NCBI GenBank assembly: GCA_050014195.1
Contig: JBEKDT010000001.1
Location: forward strand, 352,001 to 416,000
Direction: 5' to 3'
Origin: Desulfomonilia bacterium
GTDB lineage: Bacteria > Desulfobacterota > Desulfomonilia > UBA1062
DNA: 64,000 bases
The notes under the pieces were generated by a model that searched no databases, was not told the DNA's origin, and saw only the letters and a list, made by a program, of their open reading frames with translations. A program made the translations under genes and the position numbers. Below are positions 31,663 to 42,400 of this stretch, piece by piece. Positions within the stretch are counted from its first letter, which is position 1, and every line of letters starts with the position of its first letter.

Positions 31663-32094
31663 GTGAAGACATTCAAAGAGCTGCGGAAATTAAAGGGATT
31701 AACAATGGGTAGATTGGCTGAGCTCAGCGGTGTATCGGCAAAGACCGTCTCCGTTTATGAGCAGGAGCCGCCCGCACGACCCAGCAGAAAGGTTTTAGGG
31801 AAGCTATCTAACGCCCTCAAAATCAGCCCGGAAGAACTCGTGGCATACATCTACCCACCCAAAAAGCGTACCGGGGAACGAGGAGGCGAGAGCACCGAGG
31901 GCGGCATCATGCTGGAAGAGATCCATGTGAACAGGCTCTTAAGGCTCATAGACAAAGAACTCGAAGAGCTCCGTTATGTCCTCCTGGAGGGGGTAGCGCT
32001 TACTGAGGATTATCCCGCTATCAGCAGGTGCATGGAATTGGTCAGCTCCGATATTGAACTGCTCTCCGAACTCAAGGGTCGTTTTCTGGGATAA
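31663..32094 (+). CDS. XRE-family HTH regulator
   Basis: LRKLKGLTMGRLAELSGVSAKTVSVYE HTH; C-terminal helical region. Confidence 0.8.
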   Translation: MKTFKELRKLKGLTMGRLAELSGVSAKTVSVYEQEPPARPSRKVLGKLSNALKISPEELVAYIYPPKKRTGERGGESTEGGIMLEEIHVNRLLRLIDKELEELRYVLLEGVALTEDYPAISRCMELVSSDIELLSELKGRFLG

Positions 32095-32161
32095 TTGACA
32101 AGGTGTTGGAGAAAGTATTTCTGACGGTAAAAACTTTTGGAAGATCACTTAAAAACGCTAG

Positions 32162-32821
32162 ATGATCATCCTCGATAATGTAACAAAGATTTACCATGAT
32201 ACCGTCTATGCCGTCCGGGATGTATCCCTGAACGTTGAAAAAGGTGACCTGTGCTTCATCGTGGGCCCATCGGGAGCAGGCAAGACTACGATTCTTAAGC
32301 TTATGTTCGGCTTGGAGCGACCATCCCGGGGTATGGTTTCCATGTTCGGCCGAAAACTTGAAGGACTCGACGCATCGAGCATCCAGGCCATAAGACGCCA
32401 TACCGGGTTTGTATTCCAGGACTTCAAGCTCATAGAAGACTGGACCGTCTTCAACAACGCCGCCATCATCCTTGAAATCCTGGGTAAACCGGCTGTATAT
32501 GTCAGGGGCAGGGTTTGGAGGATGCTCAAATGGGTCGGGCTCCAACACAAGGTTTATGAACGGGCCAAAGATCTCTCGGGGGGCGAGAGACAGCGCCTGG
32601 CCTTGGTCCGAGCAATGATTCATGACCCCGATATCCTTCTGGCCGACGAGCCTGTGGGAAACCTGGATGAAACCATGGCCAGGTACATGATGAATGTTTT
32701 TTTAAAGCTCAATAAAAAGGGTACTACCATTATTATTGCGAGCCATCACGGTGACCCTTTGATGGAATATGCAAAGGTCATCCAGATGGACCGCGGTAGT
32801 ATCACGGGCGCCGGCAATTAA
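32162..32821 (+). CDS. ftsE: Cell division ABC ATPase FtsE
   Basis: GPSGAGKT, VFQDFKLI, LSGGE, LLADEP; precedes ftsX. Confidence 0.88.
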   Translation: MIILDNVTKIYHDTVYAVRDVSLNVEKGDLCFIVGPSGAGKTTILKLMFGLERPSRGMVSMFGRKLEGLDASSIQAIRRHTGFVFQDFKLIEDWTVFNNAAIILEILGKPAVYVRGRVWRMLKWVGLQHKVYERAKDLSGGERQRLALVRAMIHDPDILLADEPVGNLDETMARYMMNVFLKLNKKGTTIIIASHHGDPLMEYAKVIQMDRGSITGAGN

Positions 32822-33691
32822 ATGATCCGGTTTTATTACATCCTAAAACTTATCGTGCGTGGTTTGCGCCTGCGGCCATGGGGGAGCCTGTTTACGCTTA
32901 TAGCTTGCTGGTTTGCCCTCTGCCAGCTTTCATTTGTTTTTTACATTGTTGATGTCGCCGACAGGGCAAGTACTATGCCTTCCACATCGGGATCTATGAT
33001 CGCCTACCTGAAAGACTCTACATCGCAGGTCCGCATGAATGAGCTGGAGAAGCAATTGCGATCTTTTGAATCAGTCTCGAAGGTACAATTTATCCCGAGA
33101 CAGGCCGGTCTCGAAAAGATGAAGCAATGGCTGGGGCCAAATAACTCTATAGTGGAAGGCGTAGATCCACAGATCCTGCCTGATGCCTTCGAGATTACCC
33201 TCAAGCGAGAGTATGCAGACAAGGTTCGGGAGATTGCGAATACTCTTAATGCACTGTCCGGTGTAAACGATGTCCGCTATCGCAAAGGGCTCATCGGATA
33301 TATTGCAGGCTCCTTTTCGGAAATTCTCATCGGCGCATCCGTGCTCGGCGGTATCGTGATGATCTGCCTGGCATTGGTGATCTTCCTGTCCATTCGGGTA
33401 GGAATTGTCTCCCGGAAGCAGGAGATAGAAGTTATGAACATGCTTGGGGCAAACTACCTTTTCATCTATGCACCATATCTGATCGAAGCAGGAACATACG
33501 GACTTCTCGGGTCATGTGCCGCCCTGGCTACCACATCCATTGCTCTTACATATCTGCATGTCCATTTTACATCGCTCCAGGCCTTTTTAAGGCCTCTTGC
33601 TACCTATCAAATGGTGGGAATTCTGACCTTTGCCTGTTTCTGCAGTATATTAGGTGCACTGCTCGCTATCAAAAGGAGCTTCGATGTCTAG
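32822..33691 (+). CDS. ftsX: Cell division permease FtsX
   Basis: Four-TM layout, LPDAFEI, EIEVM..LGA...I..PYLIE. Confidence 0.88.
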   Translation: MIRFYYILKLIVRGLRLRPWGSLFTLIACWFALCQLSFVFYIVDVADRASTMPSTSGSMIAYLKDSTSQVRMNELEKQLRSFESVSKVQFIPRQAGLEKMKQWLGPNNSIVEGVDPQILPDAFEITLKREYADKVREIANTLNALSGVNDVRYRKGLIGYIAGSFSEILIGASVLGGIVMICLALVIFLSIRVGIVSRKQEIEVMNMLGANYLFIYAPYLIEAGTYGLLGSCAALATTSIALTYLHVHFTSLQAFLRPLATYQMVGILTFACFCSILGALLAIKRSFDV

Positions 33692-34739
33692 AAAGATCCT
33701 CATGGTACTTCTAATCTTCCTGCTCATTCCCTCGATTCTCCCCGCCAAAAACGAATCCCGCAGGCTCAAAGAACTTGGTAAAAAAGTCCATGCACTTGAT
33801 ATCAAACGCCGTTCTGAGGGTCAGCGACTTCAGGACATAGACAAGAATATCTCGGCTATGCAGGGAGAGATCGCCGCTGTCAGGAAAGAAGCACAGGCCA
33901 TCAATGTGAAGATTGTACAGCAGCAGAGCCAGATACAGTATTATCAGCAGGCCCTTACCCAATCCCGGGGAACGTTAAAGCAGAAGTGGATCTCCCTTTA
34001 CAAGGGTGCATACCTTGACATGGTGGATATGCTCTATACACACTCCGAGTATTCCGGCTACATCGATGCGATCATCACGAAGAACAAAGATGAACTTATG
34101 GGCTACCGAAAGATGCGCGAGCAGCTGCTCGATGCCAAGGGGAAACTCGACGAGGCGTCCAAGGCCCAGAAAGAGAACTTGAGCGTGTTGCAAGACAAGA
34201 TCGGTTTGTTCAATGCCGAGCGAGAGAAAAAGGCTGTATTGCTGGCATCGCTCAGCAAAGAGAAGCAGTCCTACCAGGAAGAGATACAGCGCCTGCTTAA
34301 AGAATTACAGGCTCGGAAGAAGGAGCTTCCGAACAAGGGTATGGCCAAAAGGATGGGGGATCTGCCCTGGCCTGTGGCGGGCAGAATTGTGCGAGGCTTT
34401 GGAATAACGAAAGAACAAGGATATGCCCAAATATCACATGGAGTAGATATCGAGGCAGATGAAGGCACGCCGGTGAAGACAATACATGCAGGCAAGATTG
34501 TGTTTTACGACTGGATTACAAACTTCGGCAATACGATGATTATCGATCATGGCGGGGGGCTGTATTCTGTCTACGGCCACCTCCAGAAGCCTTTAAAGTC
34601 GATAGGAGAGTCCGTGGAAGCACGCCAGGATATAGCCCTGGTGGGTCAGAGCGGTGATGTGTTAAAACCTACCCTGCACTTTGAGATACGTTACAATGAT
34701 AAACCCCAAGACCCGGTCAAGTGGCTCTCCAGGAAATAG
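33684..34739 (+). CDS. envC: EnvC-like coiled-coil/M23 family protein
   Basis: Signal peptide, coiled coil, LPWPV, HGVDI, YGHL, LHFEIR; follows ftsEX. Confidence 0.8.
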   Translation: MSRKILMVLLIFLLIPSILPAKNESRRLKELGKKVHALDIKRRSEGQRLQDIDKNISAMQGEIAAVRKEAQAINVKIVQQQSQIQYYQQALTQSRGTLKQKWISLYKGAYLDMVDMLYTHSEYSGYIDAIITKNKDELMGYRKMREQLLDAKGKLDEASKAQKENLSVLQDKIGLFNAEREKKAVLLASLSKEKQSYQEEIQRLLKELQARKKELPNKGMAKRMGDLPWPVAGRIVRGFGITKEQGYAQISHGVDIEADEGTPVKTIHAGKIVFYDWITNFGNTMIIDHGGGLYSVYGHLQKPLKSIGESVEARQDIALVGQSGDVLKPTLHFEIRYNDKPQDPVKWLSRK

Positions 34740-34812
34740 TGATTATTTAAACCTCATGTCGGATATGCTATAGACCGATTTTGTTAGATAGCTTTAACCA
34801 GAAAGGGTGTGT

Positions 34813-36102
34813 ATGAGAAACGCTAAAGGGATACTAAGGGGCTTTGGGGTTGCTGCATTAATGGGCTTCTTTCTTTTGCAGCACACGGATGCGCTCAATG
34901 CTGAGTCCATGAACATCTTTCCGGAACTCCAGAAGTTTACCGACTGTCTGGATTTAATCGAAAAGTACTACGTGGAGGAGGTAAAACCCGAGACGCTCAT
35001 TGAAGGGGCTATTAAAGGCATGGTCTCGGTTCTTGATCCTCATTCGGCATACCTCACGAAAGAGGATTATAAAGAGATGCAAATCAGCACGACCGGGTCC
35101 TTCGGGGGGCTTGGCATTGAAATAGGGCTGCGTGATAACCAGCTCACCGTCATCACACCCATTGATGGTACACCTGCCTTCAAAGCGGGCATCCGCCCCG
35201 GTGACAGGATCCTCAAGATTGATACCTCACCAACAAATGAAATAACCCTTGAAGAGGCTGTCAAGCTTCTGCGGGGACCCAAGGGATCGAAGGTGACACT
35301 TACCATCCTCCGTGAGTCTCAGGAGAAACCTATTGAGTTCACCATCACACGAGCCATTATCCACATAGAGAGTGTGCTTTCCCAGATAATTGAACCGGGA
35401 TATGGTTACATAAAGATTCGTAATTTTCAGGTGGACACCTCGGAAGCCGTGCGAAAGGCAATGCAGAAGATGGTCGGGCTGAAGGGGTTGATCCTTGACC
35501 TCAGATACGACCCGGGCGGCCTGCTGGATCAGGCCATTGCCGTGAGCGACCTTTTCCTGAGCGAGGGCAAAATAGTCTATACTGATGGGAGGAGACCAGA
35601 GGACCGTACCGAATACATTGCCCATAAGAAGGAAGGCACCTTTGAAGGGTTCCCCATAGTGGTCCTCATCAACGGTGGAACAGCCAGCGCAGCAGAGATT
35701 GTTTCCGGAGCACTGCAGGACAACAAACGCGCGGTTATCGTGGGGGTAAGGAGTTTCGGCAAGGCATCGGTCCAGACTATCAGGCCTTTAAGTGACGGAT
35801 CGGCGTTGAAGCTCACCATAGCAAGGTATTATACGCCGTCAGGCAGATCCATCCAGGCAAAAGGCATCGAGCCTGATGTGGTTGTGGAACAAAAGATGCT
35901 CGTTAAGGAAGATTTAAAGACGCAGACCTTTATCCGGGAGAAGGATCTGAAATCACATCTGGAGCCGGAGGGAGCTGAGCCTACTGACACGAATGAGAGT
36001 GCAACCGGTCCTGTGAATCTGGATAAAGACTACCAGCTCAAGTACGGACTCGACATGCTCAAGACATGGGAGGTGTTTCACCGCATCAAGAAGGCAGCAT
36101 GA
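34813..36102 (+). CDS. ctpA: S41 carboxyl-terminal protease (PDZ)
   Basis: LDPHS, GLGIEI, DLRYDPGGLL, TASAAEI, FGKASVQ. Confidence 0.92.
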   Translation: MRNAKGILRGFGVAALMGFFLLQHTDALNAESMNIFPELQKFTDCLDLIEKYYVEEVKPETLIEGAIKGMVSVLDPHSAYLTKEDYKEMQISTTGSFGGLGIEIGLRDNQLTVITPIDGTPAFKAGIRPGDRILKIDTSPTNEITLEEAVKLLRGPKGSKVTLTILRESQEKPIEFTITRAIIHIESVLSQIIEPGYGYIKIRNFQVDTSEAVRKAMQKMVGLKGLILDLRYDPGGLLDQAIAVSDLFLSEGKIVYTDGRRPEDRTEYIAHKKEGTFEGFPIVVLINGGTASAAEIVSGALQDNKRAVIVGVRSFGKASVQTIRPLSDGSALKLTIARYYTPSGRSIQAKGIEPDVVVEQKMLVKEDLKTQTFIREKDLKSHLEPEGAEPTDTNESATGPVNLDKDYQLKYGLDMLKTWEVFHRIKKAA

Positions 36103-37196
36103 GAAGGAAGAGAAGGAAAAAAAATACCAACACGATCCTCATAACTGCCGTCATAGGTGTCTTGATTGCCGCGATCATCATAGTGACGGGCATTGTTCTC
36201 CTGACCGAGAAGCCTCACAAGCCTCCGGAAAAGAGGGAGGCACCCGGCGGCGTTACCATAACCAAACCTTTCGTTGAAGGGGATGAGCTCCTCATCAAGG
36301 GGTGCCTGTTCGACCTCGGCGTCCCCAAGGATCATGTTCGCATCACAGGCAGGACTATTGAAATCACCATGGCAAAGTTGCCGGATCCATCCCACATTGA
36401 AGAGGCCTTTGCCGGCTTACGCAAAATCGAGGGTGCGGAGGTTACCCTGAAAGAGCCGACTCGGCTTACACTCAACATCAATGAGAAAGAGTGGAACATC
36501 TATTTCCGTGTATACAAGGCCCCTGAAAAGAAGATGGAAAAGGTTGCCATTATCATCGATGATATGGGGCAGGACATGGATGTTGCCCGCAAGCTCTGCG
36601 CCATTGACGCGAACCTAACCTTCTCGGTCCTTCCCCATGAAATGCATACGGAAGAGGTTGCTCTCTACCTCCACAAGCAAGGCAAGGAGGTGCTGCTCCA
36701 TCTCCCCATGGAAGGAAACGGGAAGAACCCGGGTTTGGGGGCCATCTACCATGATACGGATCCCAGCCAGGCCCAAAAGATCCTGAAAGAATCCCTTGAG
36801 AGGGTCCCTATGGCAGACGGGGTGAACAACCATATGGGTTCTGTAGTCACTCAGAATCAGGTCATTATGAAGGCCCTGTTTTCCAGTATCAAGGAGCAGG
36901 GCCTCTTCTTCATCGATAGCCTCACTACGGGGAAATCGGTATGTAAAACGGTTGCGACTGAAACGAACCTTCCCTTCCAGGTACGCGATGTATTCCTCGA
37001 TAACGAACAGACTTACCAGTACATAGCAGGGCAGTTGGACGTGCTTGTCACGATTGCCAGACGGAATGGTGAAGCTATTGCGATCTGTCATCCACACCCA
37101 GTGACCGTAGAAGTGCTGGTCCATGAGGTGCCACACCTCAATGATAAGGGGATCGAGGTGGTGAGAGTCTCCAAGCTCGTTAACGGCCGCTCTTAG
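36099..37196 (+). CDS. Divergent polysaccharide deacetylase (YibQ family)
   Basis: IIIDDMG, LHLPME, NNHMGS, RDVFLD, AICHP. Confidence 0.88.
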   Translation: MRRKRRKKNTNTILITAVIGVLIAAIIIVTGIVLLTEKPHKPPEKREAPGGVTITKPFVEGDELLIKGCLFDLGVPKDHVRITGRTIEITMAKLPDPSHIEEAFAGLRKIEGAEVTLKEPTRLTLNINEKEWNIYFRVYKAPEKKMEKVAIIIDDMGQDMDVARKLCAIDANLTFSVLPHEMHTEEVALYLHKQGKEVLLHLPMEGNGKNPGLGAIYHDTDPSQAQKILKESLERVPMADGVNNHMGSVVTQNQVIMKALFSSIKEQGLFFIDSLTTGKSVCKTVATETNLPFQVRDVFLDNEQTYQYIAGQLDVLVTIARRNGEAIAICHPHPVTVEVLVHEVPHLNDKGIEVVRVSKLVNGRS

Positions 37197-37282
37197 GTCT
37201 TAAGAGTGTAAGACATGCTGCCTTGATTGACTCGGATGTATGCTTTAGGCTATAGAGGGAGGCGGTTAAAGGGTTTAAGATC

Positions 37283-37783
37283 ATGAAGCAGTGGTTTGTG
37301 ATACAGACTAATCCCAAGGAAGATAACCTTGCCTGCCTTGTTCTCTCACAGAACGGTATCAGCATCTATCAGCCGTTCATGGAGAAGTACGTGTTCCATG
37401 CCCGGAAGAAGACGTTGAAGCGATACCCGCTCTTTCCCAACTACATCTTCGTGAATATAAATCCCGTGGAGGAGGACTTTCACAAGATCCGATGGAGCAG
37501 GGGAGTACGCAGGATCCTTCTCGACAACTATCAGCCGATACCTATTGAGGAGGAGTTTATCTCCTCATTGCAGACACTCCAGGATAAAGATACCGGTATT
37601 ATCAAGAAGCCCGTGGAGTTTGCCCCGGGTGACATGGTTCGGATCAAGTCGGGCCCTATGAAGGATCTTTACGGGATATTCGAGGAATGGGGCTCGGACG
37701 AGGGCAGGGTAAAGATCTTGATCCAGATGGTCAACAACAGGGCAAAGGTGGTCATGCACGCCTCTCTCATTGAGAAGGTCTGA
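37283..37783 (+). CDS. NusG paralog (RfaH/UpxY/LoaP-like antiterminator)
   Basis: WFVIQTNPKED, PLFPNYIF, KOW GDMVRIKSGP; not located in the secE-rplK locus. Confidence 0.85.
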   Translation: MKQWFVIQTNPKEDNLACLVLSQNGISIYQPFMEKYVFHARKKTLKRYPLFPNYIFVNINPVEEDFHKIRWSRGVRRILLDNYQPIPIEEEFISSLQTLQDKDTGIIKKPVEFAPGDMVRIKSGPMKDLYGIFEEWGSDEGRVKILIQMVNNRAKVVMHASLIEKV

Positions 37784-37798
37784 CCATGAGGAGGGCCC

Positions 37799-39421
37799 AT
37801 CCATAAGATCTACGGCAACGCAAAGACCCTGAAAGCCTCCGATGAAAAGGCCATCGAGAGGCTCTACAGGAGAAGGATACCCTCCACAGTTGTCATAACT
37901 CATGAGCTTTGCATAGAACTCGCGCGTATATCCCATGAAACAGGCATCCAGATCGGGCTGCTTATCAACAGGGCAGGAGCTGTTGAATATGTGATCGCCG
38001 GCAATGCATCAGGCATATCCATTCCCAAACTGCATCGGATGCGGACTCATCCCGGAAGGCTCCAGGGCCTCAGGCTCATTCACACTCATATGAGGGATGG
38101 CCATCTCACCTCCGAGGATCTTACCGACCTGGCCAAGCTTCGGCTCGATATGATCTATGCCATCGAGGTCTCGGCGGACGGAAGCCCCGGCCTTGCATAT
38201 GGGGCACACCTCATTCCTGCGCAGGATACGGCCTTGTGGAAACTGTTTGATCCGGTCCCCACGTATGGGATGGACATCAGGTTCGATCTCTTCATCAGAG
38301 AGCTGGAAGATGAGATCACCAAGAAACAGACTGCGCTTGTCGCCGGTGCCCATGAAGACCGGGCCATCCTCGTGGTGGTTACCTCCGCGCTCAATGAGGC
38401 TACCAAGGACATCATAGCTGAGTTTCAGGCCCTTGCTCGGGCAGCCGAGGTCACTGTCGTGGACACGGTGGTACAGAGAAGGCCGAAACCCGATCCAAGG
38501 TACGTGGTGGGCAAAGGTAAGGTGGCGGACATCTATATTCTGGCATTGGCCAAGGACGCCAATCTCCTCATCTTCGACCATGAGCTGACGCCGTCACAGG
38601 CCCGTTCCATTGCCGAGATCGCGGATATGCGGGTGATCGATCGCACACAGCTCATCCTCGATATCTTTGCCCGCAGGGCCAGAACAAGAGAGGGCAAGAT
38701 CCAGGTCGAGCTGGCCCAGCTCAGGTACAATATGTCCCGGCTCGTGGGCAAGAACCCGTCGCTCAGCCGGCTTGCCGGTGGTATCGGGACCAGAGGGCCG
38801 GGTGAGAGTAGGCTGGAGATCGACCGCCGCCGTGCCAAAGAGCGCATGGAGCGGCTTGAGCGGGAGACTCATCAGATAAGTCAAAAACGCAGGCTTACCA
38901 GGCTTCGCAGGAGCAGGCATGCACTCCCGGTCATTTCAATCATCGGTTACACCAATACCGGTAAATCCACACTCTTAAATACCCTGACCAAGAGCAAGGT
39001 CTTCACGGCAGACATGCCTTTCGCCACACTCGATCCCTCCAGCAAACGCCTGAGGTTTCCAAAAGACATCGAGGTGATCATCACCGATACGGTGGGTTTT
39101 ATCCGTGATCTCCCGACCGATCTCAAGGCCTCCTTCATGGCCACGTTGGATGAGCTGAGAGATGCCCACCTTCTCCTGGAGATCATCGACCTCACCGACC
39201 CTCATATCGATTATCGCATCCAGGCTGTCGATGAGATCCTTAAAGGCCTGGAACTCCAGAGCAAACCCCGTCTCAAGGTATTCAACAAGGCGGATAAATG
39301 TCCCAAGGGCCTTGCGGATTCCTTGTCTGAACGTTACGGGGGTGTTGCAGTCTCGGCGCTGGACAGTACAAGCCTTATCCCCCTCATCGAGCGGATGCAG
39401 GCCTACTTCCTGCACAAATAG
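37799..39421 (+). CDS. hflX: GTPase HflX, long form, probable ATC start
   Basis: GYTNTGKST, FATLD, DTVGF, NKAD. The conserved N-terminal block IYGN...LYRRR begins at 37799, just after an in-frame TGA at 37787. Confidence 0.9.
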   Translation: MHKIYGNAKTLKASDEKAIERLYRRRIPSTVVITHELCIELARISHETGIQIGLLINRAGAVEYVIAGNASGISIPKLHRMRTHPGRLQGLRLIHTHMRDGHLTSEDLTDLAKLRLDMIYAIEVSADGSPGLAYGAHLIPAQDTALWKLFDPVPTYGMDIRFDLFIRELEDEITKKQTALVAGAHEDRAILVVVTSALNEATKDIIAEFQALARAAEVTVVDTVVQRRPKPDPRYVVGKGKVADIYILALAKDANLLIFDHELTPSQARSIAEIADMRVIDRTQLILDIFARRARTREGKIQVELAQLRYNMSRLVGKNPSLSRLAGGIGTRGPGESRLEIDRRRAKERMERLERETHQISQKRRLTRLRRSRHALPVISIIGYTNTGKSTLLNTLTKSKVFTADMPFATLDPSSKRLRFPKDIEVIITDTVGFIRDLPTDLKASFMATLDELRDAHLLLEIIDLTDPHIDYRIQAVDEILKGLELQSKPRLKVFNKADKCPKGLADSLSERYGGVAVSALDSTSLIPLIERMQAYFLHK

Positions 39422-39428
39422 CCGTCTC

Positions 39429-42400
39429 CTACTGTTTTTTATTCTCTAAGTACTTGAGCGACTCATTGATGAGGTGGGCAGGCAGCCTGAGAGACCTCAG
39501 CAGAGATGCCGCCACGGTGTTGGATAAGGTATTGATGGGTTCCAGGCGTACCTTCGGGTCAGACATGGTACCCTTGAGGCTCATGTTCAACACGATCAGC
39601 TTTCCTTTGTCGCCTGTGAGCACCCAGCCTACGAGCGGGATCTTGCTGACTGTCCAGTCTACGCTCTCCAGGGGCTGGACACCTATGTTTGCATCGATTT
39701 TCTTTGTCGTTATAGAATACTTCCCCACTGCAGACAGTTGAATCGAGTTGCTCTCCAGCGCAAAGTCATCGAAACTCACCACATTGTCGGTTATGTCCAA
39801 TGTTGATGTCAGGTGGTTGTAGGTGAAATGGTGGCTGATAAAATCGATGTCACGATTCTGAAAGATCTTATACACATTCAGCAATGAGAAGATTTGTGAA
39901 ACGAGTTCGTATTTTCGTATCTCGCCGTCCCTGGCGGATATGGTGAGTATGCCGTTTATGGAATCATCATGGCCTGAGATATGGCCATCCATATCAAGAC
40001 TTCCGTCGATGATGGATTTGATGTTTGTTGCGCGTAACAGCTTGCGCATATCAGCACCCTTGATGGAGATCATCAAATCGTAGGTGGAGGCACCGTCGGC
40101 AGCGATCTGGATGGTTCCTTTGGCATTCCCTGAGACCGTCTCCATATCGACGTGAGTAAGGCTTAAGATTCCGTCTTTGAATTCTGCCTGTGCCGATGAT
40201 CCCTCGATGGGAAGTCCATAGAAAACACAATTGACAAACTTCAGTGTTGCATCGGCCCTGAGATCCGTAAGTCCCTTTAAGGTCATACCCCCTTCGCCGG
40301 TCTTCATGCCGTCAACAACTGCGCTGCCCTTGAAATACGGTTGCTTCTCAAGGGAAAGTTTCCCCTTGAGTACGACGGTAGTTTCCCCTGAGGCGATCTG
40401 CAGGGCATCTGATGAGATGACGTGCGTGCTGAAAGTTACAGGGCCGTTTATGGTGAGGGGGTTTTCCTGATAGGGCAGGACCATATTGTTGAATCTCAGG
40501 TTTCCTTCAGCAGAGACGGCATTATCCCAGGAGATCTTCATTGAGCCGTTCACCAGGCCGTCCAGGTTCTTGAGGCCTTTTGCGGTCTTGCAGGAGAGGT
40601 CCTTGAGATGCAACTCGCCGGACAAGGCCAAAGAGCCGGTGTCCGATTTGATGGATGCAGAGCCGCCCAGAGAGCTCTTCGGAGTACGGATAACCATATC
40701 ATTTATACTGATGCGCGGCTGAGATTCCAGTCTGGTTGTGAAATTGCCCTTGGCTGATGCCGGCTGTGATGTAATCGTGTAGTTGCTCGCAGCATACGTG
40801 ATGCCCGGAGTACTCAGTTCCAAGGAGCCCTTGAGGTCGGCCCCGATGCCGGAGCCTGTGAGTTTGATACTGGCATCTCCAAGGGCGATAGTTCCCACCG
40901 GGTGAAGGTGATCGGCGAGGACGAAAAACCGGGAGCGGTTCTTCCCGAAGGGATCTACAAGGCTTACATCCAGCTTCTTGATGCGTATGGAGTCGAATGT
41001 CCCGGTGAATATAATACGGTGAGGTGCGGAATAACTGTCTGCATGGATGGAACCCGATTGCCCTGAAATGCTTTTGTTTCCCCAGGTGTAGGTACAATTT
41101 TCAATCTTGATGTCCTCGATCGCATTGAAAGGCGATTTCAAAGTCTCATCATAGGAGGCGCTCACCCGGGCATGCACCAGGCCTCCTTTCACCTTGGATA
41201 CAGGCGAGAGGAGCTTGTAGATATCCTGGGGAACCATGGCTGCCCGCCAGGTTCTGATGAAATCCGCTGCAGGCATGTCCAGATCAATAACCACGTAAAC
41301 ACGCCAGAACTTCAAAATCTGCAGAAGCGCGACATTCACCCTTCTCAGACTGGATTGCCCCATAAAACCTGAAAGATTATTGAACCGGATGTCGCCTTTC
41401 GTGTACATCACCTGACCGGTGATCCCTGTGACCCGATCAGGGGAATAACCGGCACCGAAGCTCTGGCCACGAAGATCCTGGACCACATAGAGGTTGTTCA
41501 TCAGGGCCTCGCCCGAGAGGAAGTCCTTTATGGAGCCCCTGTAGCGAGCCATGGAAAACCGCGAGCGGCCGCTTCTGATCTGTTTGGTGAGAAGGGTTTT
41601 GAGCCAGTCGGGAAACAGATTAACCGGGAGCACGGAGACTACCTTTTCGTAGTCGAACTCCTTGGAGGATGCTTCCAGGCTGAGTATGGAATCCTTCCAT
41701 GATTCCATATCGTTGAGCCCCATGATCTCCCCCTTGCCTGATACTTCCACGAGCGGCGTCTTGATGGAGATGTCGGTGAAGCTCATCCGCTGTCTGTCTC
41801 CTGACAGGGCGGCTGACACAATAAGATTTTTCATGGTGCCCCGTATGTACGGCAGGCTCAGGTCTTTCGCCTGGAGCAAGAACGAGCCTGCCTTTGAGTT
41901 TTTAACATCCTCTATGGTGAAGCTCATATTTGCAGTACCCTTGAAACGGGTATCGATCTGTTTCAAAGGAATGCCGTAGGCATCAAAGGTCACCTTTCCG
42001 GGCTTGACCAGGTCGGCTTCAAGGAGGACCCTGCCTCCGAGCGAGCGCGCCCTGAGATTGATCCAGTCATTCGTGATGCGGCCGGAGAGGTCGGTCAGGG
42101 GAAAATCCAGCCCCTGGTAGATGAACTTAACGCTGCCCTTCCATATGATCACTACGGGTCGGCCGGCGGTCCCTTTTTTGAGCTTCAGATTCTGCAGGTT
42201 GTCAAGGTCGATCTCGCCGGAGGGCTCGACAAGGCGCACCTTCTTGACGCTCACATCTCCGAAGAGGAGTCTCCAGATTCCGAGATATGCTGTGACACTT
42301 TGAATGTGAAGGTTGATTATACCCGGGGAGTCTATACTGACCTTATTGAGAATGACCCGCGGACCCTGTTTCCATTCAAGCCGCGTACTTGCTATAGTGA

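Noticed and set aside
37261-37272. GGCGGTTA upstream of the NusG paralog as an ops site
   Set aside because: Only a partial match to GGCGGTAG..TG; too short to support.
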